In this document: positions 9,149-18,700 of the stretch, piece after piece
Layout: the number at the start of each line of letters is the position of its first letter
How positions within the stretch are numbered: the stretch's first letter is position 1
From: Oligoflexales bacterium
GTDB lineage: Bacteria > Bdellovibrionota_B > Oligoflexia > Oligoflexales > Bog-1112
Direction of reading: 5' to 3'
NCBI GenBank assembly: GCA_045105515.1
Contig: JBGCDR010000176.1
Coordinates: 1-51,324, forward strand
Length of the DNA stretch: 51,324 nucleotides
Program-made: the position numbers and the translations under genes
Notes under the pieces: generated by a model
The model's input: the letters and a program-made list of their open reading frames with translations, nothing else
The model's database searches: none
What the model was told of the DNA's origin: nothing

Positions 9149-10486
9149 TTGTCACATGATAGTGCTCGATTTACCCATGGTTCCATACTTAAACATGTAG
9201 TATCAATGACAGGAATGTCATCAATAGGACTAATGGCTATTTTTTTCGTTGATTTTGTAGATATCTACTTCTTGAGCTTATTAGGAGAAGTAGAAATTGC
9301 AGCATCAGTTGGGTACGCTGGAAGCATCCTCTTTGTGACAACAGCTTTGTGTATCGGTTTGAGCATCGGCGTAGGGGCTTTGACAGCCCGTGCTGTAGGT
9401 GCTGAACAACATGAGGATGCAAAACGCTACTTTATTCATTGTTTGATAATTAGCACCTTCATCACGACCTTAGTTAGCATCTTGGTTTACTTTGCCAAAG
9501 ATGCCGCACTATCTCTTCTTGGTGCTAAAGGGTTAGCAAAAGAATTAGGGCATACTTACTTAAATATCATGCTGTTTTCAGTACCCATCATAGCATTTGC
9601 AATGTTATGCATGTCCACCTTAAGGGCATATGCAGAAGGAGGGCTATCCATGACGGCAACTTTGGTCGGTGGAGTCGTTAATGCTGTCCTCGACCCCATT
9701 CTAATATTTGGATTCGACCTCAATGTAGCAGGCGCTGCATGGGCTTCACTCATATCCAGAGCAGCAGTTTTAGTGGCTGCAATCATTCCTTTACAACACT
9801 ATTACAAAGTACTGAAGAAACCTGATTGGTATTTATTTTTCGCAGATTGCAAGTCATTCTTGAGTATTGCAAGTTCAGCAATCCTAACAAACCTCGCCAC
9901 ACCAATAGGCCAAGCTTATATAACAACTCAAATGGCGGTTTATGGTGACCAAGCTGTGGCTGGAATGTCGATTATCAGCCGGCTTACCACCCTTGCCTTT
10001 GTGGTAAACTTTGCAGGTAGCGGAGCTATTGGCCCCATTGTAGGCCAAAATTTTGGTGCTAAAAAATGGGCGCGCTTAAACGCAATTGTCTTAGACTCAA
10101 CAACTTTTCTTGCTATTTATTCAGTATTTATAGGTGTGGCCTTATACTTCTCTGGCCAATTCCTGGCAGATGCATTTAATCTGGAAGGTACTGCCTCGCA
10201 ACTATTATTATTCTTCTGCAATGGTATGTGTCTGTTCAATTTCTTTGATGGTATTACCTTTTACATCAATGCCTCTTTCAATAATACAAACCGAGCTAGT
10301 TTCGCCACGGTGATTAACTTTAGCAAAGTATGTCTTGGATTTTTACCTCTTGTAGCTCTAGGAAGCTATTTATGGGGTGCTAAAGGGGTCATAGTAGGCC
10401 AAAGCGTTGCTATGACCGGCACAGCTTTTGGCGCTCTCTTGTGGTACCATTTTTACTTAAAGTCATTTGCAACTAATTCTAAATAA
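9149..10486 (+). CDS. MATE family efflux transporter
   Basis: AGGAG RBS with TTG start; NAVLDPILIFG..L.VAGAAWAS and VGQNFGA motifs; about 12 TM segments. Confidence 0.92.
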   Translation: MSHDSARFTHGSILKHVVSMTGMSSIGLMAIFFVDFVDIYFLSLLGEVEIAASVGYAGSILFVTTALCIGLSIGVGALTARAVGAEQHEDAKRYFIHCLIISTFITTLVSILVYFAKDAALSLLGAKGLAKELGHTYLNIMLFSVPIIAFAMLCMSTLRAYAEGGLSMTATLVGGVVNAVLDPILIFGFDLNVAGAAWASLISRAAVLVAAIIPLQHYYKVLKKPDWYLFFADCKSFLSIASSAILTNLATPIGQAYITTQMAVYGDQAVAGMSIISRLTTLAFVVNFAGSGAIGPIVGQNFGAKKWARLNAIVLDSTTFLAIYSVFIGVALYFSGQFLADAFNLEGTASQLLLFFCNGMCLFNFFDGITFYINASFNNTNRASFATVINFSKVCLGFLPLVALGSYLWGAKGVIVGQSVAMTGTAFGALLWYHFYLKSFATNSK

Positions 10487-10692
10487 CAAATTCCATCCAG
10501 GCTCTCGATAAAAAACTCCATAGTTCTCTTCCTTCAAAGTGTTTTTTAATACTTCGCATCAAAGATGTGTGCTTGGTTAGATGAATCAAATAAACTTTAA
10601 GCCATGGAATAGTCAACATACTTTGCTGGTCCCTTAAATTCGATGCTAAAATATTGTTAAAAGTTTGAAAATCCTTCTGATAGGGAGCAAAG

Positions 10693-11604
10693 ATGAATTT
10701 CATCAACAATTATGCCTTGATATTTGATAGTATAGAAGGAAGAGTGGCGAAGCTCGCGGAAGCACTCAAGCAAATGAACTTCAAGCTCGTTATAGCTTCA
10801 GATCCCGAAAAGCTCATCAATACGATCAACCGATCTAACCAGATCTCCGCCGTGCTTATATGCGCTGACTACTGTATGGAAAATAATTACGGCTCTAATA
10901 TCATTGAACAAATAAATGATGCAAATCCGCGACTTACGACAATTTGGTTTGACGGAAAAAAAAAGAAGAAGGTAAAATTTGAAAATTCCACTCCAAAAGT
11001 CACCATCGAATATCTAGATTCTAAAAACCTCATGATTCAAGCTCTTTCTAAGAAAGTATTGGGCCATATTTACCCTCAAGATCGCTTAGATACCTTTACC
11101 AATGGTTGTGAAAAGTTTCTGCGTCGCTCATTTAAAATGTATGCTTCTCCTCGTACACCCTTTTTAAGATCTTCCAACAAACTTTTTTGCGATACTTTTT
11201 CAATGACATTTATTCAAGGAGATCATTTAAATGGACAGATTATAGTTTCCACACCCTATCGTTTTGCATCTGACCTATACAAAAGAGTTTCAGGAATAAA
11301 AGAGGTGTCAAGGAATAAGGTTTGGGATCTTATGAGCGAAATTTGCAATCTGGTGGTAGGAAACTTCAAAAGTTGTTTCACTGATGGCCTATCAAGCAGG
11401 ATTAGTATTCCTACCACTTTTTATTCTAAAAAGATGGAAATTATTCCAAAGTATTGTCAACCTTCTTTAGTAATACCATTTGATGAGGGACCTAATACTG
11501 TTTTTGTTGAATTCAATCTGGATACCTTTGATCCCGAAGAATCGCTGAAGGGAAAAGATAACCTCGAGGCTGCAAGTGAAGATGGGGATGTTTGCTTTCT
11601 TTAA
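10693..11604 (+). CDS. Receiver-like domain fused to a CheX-like phosphatase domain
   Basis: C-terminal half has the CheX/CheC ExxN motif (DLMSEICNLVVGNFK) and ISIPT; N-terminal half has a receiver-like beta/alpha pattern without a clear phosphoacceptor. Confidence 0.6.
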   Translation: MNFINNYALIFDSIEGRVAKLAEALKQMNFKLVIASDPEKLINTINRSNQISAVLICADYCMENNYGSNIIEQINDANPRLTTIWFDGKKKKKVKFENSTPKVTIEYLDSKNLMIQALSKKVLGHIYPQDRLDTFTNGCEKFLRRSFKMYASPRTPFLRSSNKLFCDTFSMTFIQGDHLNGQIIVSTPYRFASDLYKRVSGIKEVSRNKVWDLMSEICNLVVGNFKSCFTDGLSSRISIPTTFYSKKMEIIPKYCQPSLVIPFDEGPNTVFVEFNLDTFDPEESLKGKDNLEAASEDGDVCFL

Positions 11605-11631
11605 GAAACAGCCGACAACTAAATTTATTTC

Positions 11632-12285
11632 TCACTTTACCAATAAACGGAAAGCATGATTCCATTTATTGTTGAGAAAACCTCTGATACACCATAACAT
11701 ACATAGAGGCTCAATAGCTCTAGCTGCTTCTACCTTACCCATATCACAGACATCCCAGCCAAATTCTTTAAGGATCTGACCAGTTTCCTCTTTAGCATTT
11801 TTCTCATTACCACAAATGAACATGCTTGGTTTCTCATCTCCAAAATCCGGATTAACCATATGAGCATTGCCCACACAGGAAAATGCCTTAACAAAGTGAG
11901 CTTGTGGTGCTGATTCTTGAAGATGCTCCATTAGAGAATGATTATGATCGGTAAAAAAACTGATAACTCCATTTTGTGGTGGAGCCTCTGCGATTGGATT
12001 CGTGGTATCGATAATCGTTTTTCCATGGAGGTTTTTAATCCCTGACATTTCAATAACATTTTGAGCAACAGATCCCTTCACAGCTAAAATCAAAATGTCG
12101 CCATATTTAGCAGTTTCCTCAAAATTACCAATACCTGCACTATCTCTATACTTTACTAACCATTCTTCCAATTTATTAGGATCTCGTGAACCTCGCATGA
12201 CCTCGTAACCATGCTGGATTAAGCCTTCTGCTAAAGTTTGACCAACAAGCCCAGAGCCTAGGACTCCTATTGTTTTTCCACCCAT
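11632..12285 (-). CDS. NADPH-dependent F420 reductase / F420_oxidored family oxidoreductase
   Basis: GSGLVG Rossmann motif, GSRDP, IDTTNPI, VKAF and ARAIEPL; GAGGAGG RBS before ATG 12285. Confidence 0.85.
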   Translation of the reverse strand: MGGKTIGVLGSGLVGQTLAEGLIQHGYEVMRGSRDPNKLEEWLVKYRDSAGIGNFEETAKYGDILILAVKGSVAQNVIEMSGIKNLHGKTIIDTTNPIAEAPPQNGVISFFTDHNHSLMEHLQESAPQAHFVKAFSCVGNAHMVNPDFGDEKPSMFICGNEKNAKEETGQILKEFGWDVCDMGKVEAARAIEPLCMLWCIRGFLNNKWNHAFRLLVK

Positions 12286-12334
12286 GATTTTCCTCCTCAT
12301 GATTTTCCTAAGGTTCATCAGGAATGTTTGGGCT

Positions 12335-12688
12335 TTATGGTTCCAAAATCCCCTTAACAGTCCTTAAGAAATCATTGTTTTTGAATGGCTTAGTCACAAC
12401 AGCTCTAATTTTGTAATAGCTTATTTTTTGCTTAATCTCATCTGGAGCTCCAGTAAGAATAATTATTTCGGGCTCATCACCTGCAACTTTAATTTTATCT
12501 ATAAGCTGATAACCATCCATAACAGGCATAACAAGATCAATGATCACTAGATCAGGTTTGTGCAACATGTAACAATCGTACCCGATCGACCCGTCTAAGG
12601 CAGTTAAAACCTCATAGTAGTCTTGCAGAATACCATCAACATACTCTAAAACAAAATCATCATCATCTACAATGAGTACTTTTTTCAT
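12335..12688 (-). CDS. Single-domain response regulator (CheY-like)
   Basis: VLIVDDD, DLVMPVMDG, IILTG and KPF motifs. Confidence 0.92.
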   Translation of the reverse strand: MKKVLIVDDDDFVLEYVDGILQDYYEVLTALDGSIGYDCYMLHKPDLVIIDLVMPVMDGYQLIDKIKVAGDEPEIIILTGAPDEIKQKISYYKIRAVVTKPFKNNDFLRTVKGILEP

Positions 12689-12824
12689 AAAGACCTACAA
12701 ATTATGTTGCTCAATTGATATTGTATCATAAATCTATATAGGATTAGACTTGTACCATTGCACCATCTATTTTCAGTTATTTATAGTTAGAAATAATTCA
12801 CTAAATTGGTAAATAGCAAAGATA

Positions 12825-13940
12825 TTAACAATTATGAAACAAACCTTTGAAGCACCAACATCCTACTTTACTTGTTTGCTCCTCTTCTTCCTTCTTAGCA
12901 GGCTCATCTAAAAATTGATCTGCCTCAAAATCAAGCTCAAGCTGCCAGAAATCCAAATTGACCAATTGATTCGCATTATTTGGAAATAATTTCAGCAAAC
13001 ATCCTTCACAAGAATACAAAGTAGCTAGATTTCTATTTACATCACCCGATTGTGAAAGCTGAAGAAGCTGACTTCTTAAAAAGCCATAATATGTCCAGTT
13101 TAGTGAAAACTCTCTATTCTTAGAATAATCATCATCAATCTCTTTATCGGTAACCACAACGATCCCATTTTCATGAAACTGATTTGGGCCAAGCATGAAT
13201 TCACGATCTGGTTTTTTAATATATCTTTTCCACCATGCATTGCTGAGATCTAAAACACTAACCTTCATATCCGCTTTCTCTAATTCTCGCTCGATTGCCA
13301 CAAAGGGATTAGTCATATTCAGTTCTAAGTACCTTGTTACTATTTTGCCATTCATGACCATGTTACGTAGAGTATTATAGTGCTCCTCATTTTGAAAATA
13401 TACATTCGCTAACGAACCATTTAAGCAAGCATCAAGAAACTCTTTTTTAGAAAGGTGCATTTGCCTAATGAACCAACGTCCATGTTTAATTTCTCTAAGA
13501 TCAATGCTCCTTTTTGGAATGTAATTTTGCTTTTTGAGATTTACTTGAAATTCATAAATATTCCTTGCGAATCTTAGCGCAATATAATCAATAAGTGACT
13601 CAGACGCCTCAATTAAAGCCAGGTTAATTTCATTGAAATAGATTACAGCAGGGTCATGATCAGCGAGGATAACATGATCAAATTTGTATCTAGAAATCCC
13701 AAGCCCAAATAAACCTCGTTCAGTACCAAGAGCTAGGTAAACCCCTTCTGGAGGGGCTTCATTTAGAATAGCTGTCTGCCTAAATGGGTTGAGCTCATTG
13801 GGGCATAAAAAAGAAAAGTGACCAACTTTTCTCAGACTACCAGAGCCAAATCGAAAATTTCTGTTTTCTTGAATATGTGCTTGGGAGCTCTTAAAAATAA
13901 ACCATAAAAAAAAGCAGGGTACTATTTTAAAGAATCTCAT
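12825..13940 (-). CDS. Secreted hypothetical protein with a possible SAM-methyltransferase-like (LIC_10091-like) fold
   Basis: GGAGG RBS and signal peptide. GVYLALGTER...ILADHDPAVIYFN and VLDLSNA resemble Rossmann motif positions. Family assignment is from memory and unverified. Confidence 0.5.
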   Translation of the reverse strand: MRFFKIVPCFFLWFIFKSSQAHIQENRNFRFGSGSLRKVGHFSFLCPNELNPFRQTAILNEAPPEGVYLALGTERGLFGLGISRYKFDHVILADHDPAVIYFNEINLALIEASESLIDYIALRFARNIYEFQVNLKKQNYIPKRSIDLREIKHGRWFIRQMHLSKKEFLDACLNGSLANVYFQNEEHYNTLRNMVMNGKIVTRYLELNMTNPFVAIERELEKADMKVSVLDLSNAWWKRYIKKPDREFMLGPNQFHENGIVVVTDKEIDDDYSKNREFSLNWTYYGFLRSQLLQLSQSGDVNRNLATLYSCEGCLLKLFPNNANQLVNLDFWQLELDFEADQFLDEPAKKEEEEQTSKVGCWCFKGLFHNC

Positions 13941-14164
13941 GAAACCCTCCCGAATAAAAATCTTGGAAGGGCAAGACTATCATCGAATCTAAAAATCACA
14001 ATGGTAAATCGACTATTATAAACACTCAAAATATTGATTTATAGATTGGTAAGCACCAATGAACCTAATGATTGTATGGAAAAACTAAGAATTTTCCATA
14101 CCGAGCTGCTAATACATAACTTTCAATATGGAGGCTTAGTGAAGGAAAGACATTGTTGATATAA

Positions 14165-14638
14165 TTAGCTGCCTAACATCGGTTCTCCAAATTCGCATTC
14201 AATTTCATATATCTCTGTCAAACTTCCTAGCCTTTTTTCCATAATTGCCTTTGTCAAAGCGAAGTAGGAAACCTTGGCAATGTCACCTGGAACAAGTGCG
14301 GCCATAACAGTAGGATAAGCCATAGCAAAGACGGTATTATAGACTACCTGAGGATTTTTTTCATATATATCCATTCTTAACTCTTGACCAAACACCCTAT
14401 CTGTCTCCTCCAATGCTGGATCAATCACCTCACCAAATCTCATAAGTCCGGGGATTCCAAAATACCAGCCAGGAATTTCAGAATAGTCAATGGTTCGCAA
14501 TTCAATATTTTCAGCAAGCTGATTAATTTCCAATTTCATCTGCTCACAACTAAGTTTTTCATCAGAAAAAGCCAATAAATTGCTGGCTAAATTCAAATAA
14601 ATTACAATGGAAAAAATACTTACGCATCTTGCTTTCAT
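14165..14638 (-). CDS. Secreted hypothetical protein
   Basis: GGAG RBS, signal peptide (NLLA-F) and Cys near each end; no recognised motif. Confidence 0.65.
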   Translation of the reverse strand: MKARCVSIFSIVIYLNLASNLLAFSDEKLSCEQMKLEINQLAENIELRTIDYSEIPGWYFGIPGLMRFGEVIDPALEETDRVFGQELRMDIYEKNPQVVYNTVFAMAYPTVMAALVPGDIAKVSYFALTKAIMEKRLGSLTEIYEIECEFGEPMLGS

Positions 14639-14828
14639 ATTAAGGCTCCAGGAATGGATCGATTATTTTTCTGAGATATTCTGTAGAATTATAAATGCAA
14701 TATTACCCATGTAAACCAGTATTTTTTACATTTTTATCTATTATTTATAAACAAATATTTCAACTCTCATAGATACCAATTTTCAAAAATAGCGAGCTAA
14801 TTGCTGACAATAGAAATTAGGATTGAAA

Positions 14829-16766
14829 TCATTCATGGGGAGTTTTACATTTGCGAGATTCTGGATATATATCAACTAAGTAAGGAGCAATCCAGTTTTT
14901 TGCTCTAGGAATAACACGACAATTAAAAACACCTTTTTTACTGCGAAAACCATAGGGATAAACCCAAAAAACATGAACTTCTCCAAAAGTAATATCTCTA
15001 GCATCATAAGGCTCTGACGCATTCAACTCTTCGGTAATTTCTCCATCATCCATTTTTACCCAAACGCTCTTAAAGCGCTTGCTTTTTAATCTTAAACGCG
15101 TTGGTGCGATATCTACCATTTTATCTAGTACCAAAAATCGCTCCAAATCTTTGTCGACTTTAAAGACAAATCTCTCGTCCTTGAATCCCGACCTCCTAAC
15201 CACCAACACATGGCTCTTATCAGAGTTTAGTACAGCAGAATCCTCATATTCCTTACTTATTATACGGTACCTCCCCCTACCTTTTCCTTTTGCAGGAGTA
15301 AAATCTAGTGGCGTCTTAACATACTGCCCGCCAAAAAGAGGCTTTCCGTCAAGCCAAACCGTCACATTATCGGGAGTTGTAGAGATGCGAAGTTTTCCCA
15401 TGTCAGTTCCGAATATATCTTTTTTATAAGCTACAAAGCCTATGCCTCCCAGGACCAGTACTAGAACAAGCAAGAGCATATATGCACCTGTTGGTGATGA
15501 GTAAGACTGGCTCCGGCGTGATGAGTGTCGATAATGCTGATGCGCTCCTGGCAAGGGAGCACTTCTAGGAGCATCATTGGATCTTTGGTGGTTAGAACTC
15601 CTACCAATCGCATGCCTTCCGGTTCCGGGAACCCCCGAGATTACAGAAAACTCTGGTTGCCTCCCGCTGAAACCGCCTTTTGGCTTAGATGATTTTGTTT
15701 GCCCTTGAGCTTTTGGTTTAAAAGAAGCTGAATGATGTTCTACTTGAAAGTTTGAACCTGTAGCAGGAGTATTGCTCATGAAAGGGTTCTGCGAAGGAAC
15801 CTGTTTTGACAGCAAGTTTTTTATTTCTAGCTGCATCTCTTTAAGCCTTGCACTCATCAACTTCTTGATAAACTCGGCTAAATCGTTAACTGTAAAGTCT
15901 GCATAGCGCTTATTTATGTATTTCCTCAGCGCTTTTTCAAACTCAGCAGCACTAGAAAAACGAGACCTGGGATCTTTACTCAAGCCTTTCATGAGTAGCT
16001 GATAAAGTTCATTGTCGACTTTAGAGTTTAGCTTTCTCAGGTCTTCTGAAATCTGGCAGCTTCTTACCATTTGAATAGTCATCACTTCGTTTTCACCTTG
16101 GAAGAGACGCTTCATTGCGAGCATTTCCCAGAGAACAATTGCTAGTGCAAAAACATCTGTCCTTGCATCAACAGACATTGCAGAAATCTGCTCTGGGCTC
16201 ATGTAAGAGTATTTTCCTTTGACAATGCCAGGTTTGGTCTCGGTTTCTTTACTGTCCGCATCAGCTATACCAAAATCGGTTACCTTTACTTCGCCCTCAA
16301 AGGATATTAGGATATTTTGCGGAGAAATATCGCGATGGACAATTTCTAGGGGTTTACCGGTTAGGTCATCCACCTTGCAATGCGCGAAATGCAAGCCTCT
16401 TGCCGCCTCAGCTATGATATATAAAGTCATAGGCACAGAGAGTTGATGGTTTTGCTTCTCACAGCTTGAGAGTACAGTCCTTAAATCCCCGCCATTTATA
16501 AACTCCATTATAATCGCATAGGAACCTTCGACTTCTTCAAAACCTTCTACGCGTACAATGTTAGCATGCTGCAACCTCTTGCAAATATGAGCTTCATCGC
16601 GAAACATTTCGATAAATTCTTGATCTTGAGCATAGTGAGGTAATATTCGTTTTATACAACAAATTCTTTGGAAACCATCTTCACCAATTTGCTTACCGAG
16701 GTAAATTTCAGCCATACCCCCGCGCGCAACTTTTTTATACAGCATGTAACGGCTACTATCTGCCAT
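14829..16766 (-). CDS. Membrane-anchored Hanks-type Ser/Thr protein kinase with an extracytoplasmic PEGA-like domain
   Basis: ARGGMAEIY, IKRILP, HRDISPQN, DFGIA, GKYSYMSPEQ and DVFALA motifs; low-complexity linker; one TM segment; ISTTPDNVTVWLDG PEGA start. Confidence 0.92.
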   Translation of the reverse strand: MADSSRYMLYKKVARGGMAEIYLGKQIGEDGFQRICCIKRILPHYAQDQEFIEMFRDEAHICKRLQHANIVRVEGFEEVEGSYAIIMEFINGGDLRTVLSSCEKQNHQLSVPMTLYIIAEAARGLHFAHCKVDDLTGKPLEIVHRDISPQNILISFEGEVKVTDFGIADADSKETETKPGIVKGKYSYMSPEQISAMSVDARTDVFALAIVLWEMLAMKRLFQGENEVMTIQMVRSCQISEDLRKLNSKVDNELYQLLMKGLSKDPRSRFSSAAEFEKALRKYINKRYADFTVNDLAEFIKKLMSARLKEMQLEIKNLLSKQVPSQNPFMSNTPATGSNFQVEHHSASFKPKAQGQTKSSKPKGGFSGRQPEFSVISGVPGTGRHAIGRSSNHQRSNDAPRSAPLPGAHQHYRHSSRRSQSYSSPTGAYMLLLVLVLVLGGIGFVAYKKDIFGTDMGKLRISTTPDNVTVWLDGKPLFGGQYVKTPLDFTPAKGKGRGRYRIISKEYEDSAVLNSDKSHVLVVRRSGFKDERFVFKVDKDLERFLVLDKMVDIAPTRLRLKSKRFKSVWVKMDDGEITEELNASEPYDARDITFGEVHVFWVYPYGFRSKKGVFNCRVIPRAKNWIAPYLVDIYPESRKCKTPHE

Positions 16767-16982
16767 AATTGTACAATCATCCGAATTTCAGCAAACTTTC
16801 GAAACCTCTACTCAGCTTCACAACGTCTTTTCGGCACTTAGGCAAAAAATATAACCAATGTTCTGACAGACAAAAGAACTTGCCGTACATAATTTAAATA
16901 TTTGGGTTTAAAGGTAGGCCATTATATGACAGCATGAATTTTGCGGCCTAGCATAACATTCACTTTTAATTTATAATTATCA

Positions 16983-17669
16983 ATGAGTTGCAATATGCAA
17001 ACAAAGAATAAGGGAGCCTTTATCTCCATAGAAGGTGGTGAAGGAGTCGGAAAAAGCCTCTTATCTGATCGACTTGCAGAAATGCTTAAAGATCAAATTG
17101 GGATCGATGTGATTCAAACACGAGAACCCGGGGGAAGTTTGAGCGCAGAAACTATTAGATCTCTGTTTAACAAAGACTTAGCTCAAGAACCTTTTACTGT
17201 GATGTCTGAGCTTTTTCTTGTATCCGCCGCCCGTTGCCAACACCTTCACTACAGAATTGTACCCAGCTTAAAATCTGGAAAATGGGTTCTTTGTGACCGC
17301 TATACCGATTCTACAAGGGTCTATCAAGGAATTTTGGGGGGCATGGCTCAAGCTCCTATGGAAAAGATAATCGAACTCTCCACTGGTGGCTTACAGGCAG
17401 ATTTAACCTTCTTGCTGGACTGCGACGTCGAGACTTCTGCCGATAGGTTGCTCCATCGCGCTGCTAACAAGAGCAATCGGGAAGGCGGTGCTAGCCGCTA
17501 CGACGAAGCTTCAAGCAATACACACCGCAAACTTAGGGCTGCTTACCTAGATTTGGCACAAAGATTCCCAAACCGAATCAAAGTTCTAGATGCCAACCAG
17601 AAGCCTGATAATATTGCTCAGCAAGCCTATCGAATAATTCAAGAACGAATTGGAAGCGATGGAAACTAA
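16983..17669 (+). CDS. tmk: Thymidylate kinase
   Basis: EGGEGVGKS P-loop, TREPGG and LCDRYTDSTRVYQG motifs. Confidence 0.95.
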   Translation: MSCNMQTKNKGAFISIEGGEGVGKSLLSDRLAEMLKDQIGIDVIQTREPGGSLSAETIRSLFNKDLAQEPFTVMSELFLVSAARCQHLHYRIVPSLKSGKWVLCDRYTDSTRVYQGILGGMAQAPMEKIIELSTGGLQADLTFLLDCDVETSADRLLHRAANKSNREGGASRYDEASSNTHRKLRAAYLDLAQRFPNRIKVLDANQKPDNIAQQAYRIIQERIGSDGN

Positions 17670-18684
17670 ATATAAGACTCAAGTCACAGAAGAATCGCGT
17701 GGAAACTGGACCAACTTGATAGGTTATGCTCAAGAGTTTGCAGCACTTTCGCGCTTGGTCATACAAAATCGCATTCCACCAGTTATTCTCTTCACCGGTA
17801 GAGCAGGAATAGGTAAAGCGAGCGCTGTAAGAGGTGTCAGTGCTATGTTTTTTTGTGAAAAAAACATAGCATGCGGTGCTTGCCCACCATGCAAACGCAT
17901 CAAGCTTGATGAGCACCCTGACCTTCTTTTCTTAGAACCAAGCTCGGGACGGCTGAAAACCGAAGATGCTATTTTAGCTCAAGAACATCTATCACTGAAG
18001 ACCAGCCGGAAGGATGAGAGCCCCTTAGCGCGTAGGGTCATTTGTCTGATCGATGTTGACTTGATGACAAATCAAGCCATTAACCGCCTGCTCAAAACCC
18101 TAGAAGAACCACCTGAAGACTCTGCTATTCTTATGAGCACATCTCGTAAAAATGCACTACTCCCTACATTGCGTTCGCGAGCTATTAACTGGCCCTTAAC
18201 CCCGCCTCCGGTGAAGGACTCTATTGAACTTATAAAAGCACGGTGTGAGGCTAAAGAACTCAAACTCCCTAGCAAAGGTGAGGTACTCGAGGTCTTGCAG
18301 CGTTGCGGCCTAGCTCCAGGTAAGGCTATTTCCTACTTTGAGACGCAATCTCATGCTAAGTTGAAAGAAGTCAAGGACTTCTGCGCATTGTTGCAAGGAA
18401 GCTCTACGCATGAGGTAATGGCAGTAGCTGAAAGCCTTTCAAGAAAGTGGGGTTGGAGCTTGCCAGATCTTATCCAAGAAGCTGAAGTACAACTAAATCT
18501 GGAATACCGACGTAATGTTAATTCACAATTGAGCTCAGATGGTAGCTCATCTCAGCTCATGATAAGAAGGCGCAGAGCAACACTCAGTAAGATGAATCGC
18601 CTTGCAATAAAAGAGAGAATCAATTTAAACACTCAGCTAGCTGCTGAGCATTTAGGTTTTTACAGCAGCCTATATATTAAGTGA
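17650..18684 (+). CDS. holB: DNA polymerase III delta' subunit
   Basis: LFTGRAGIGK, Zn motif C..CGACPPC, HPD, NRLLKTLEEPP and LLPTLRSR; follows tmk. Confidence 0.9.
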   Translation: MEAMETKYKTQVTEESRGNWTNLIGYAQEFAALSRLVIQNRIPPVILFTGRAGIGKASAVRGVSAMFFCEKNIACGACPPCKRIKLDEHPDLLFLEPSSGRLKTEDAILAQEHLSLKTSRKDESPLARRVICLIDVDLMTNQAINRLLKTLEEPPEDSAILMSTSRKNALLPTLRSRAINWPLTPPPVKDSIELIKARCEAKELKLPSKGEVLEVLQRCGLAPGKAISYFETQSHAKLKEVKDFCALLQGSSTHEVMAVAESLSRKWGWSLPDLIQEAEVQLNLEYRRNVNSQLSSDGSSSQLMIRRRRATLSKMNRLAIKERINLNTQLAAEHLGFYSSLYIK

Positions 18685-18700
18685 AGGTTTCAAAAAAAAC

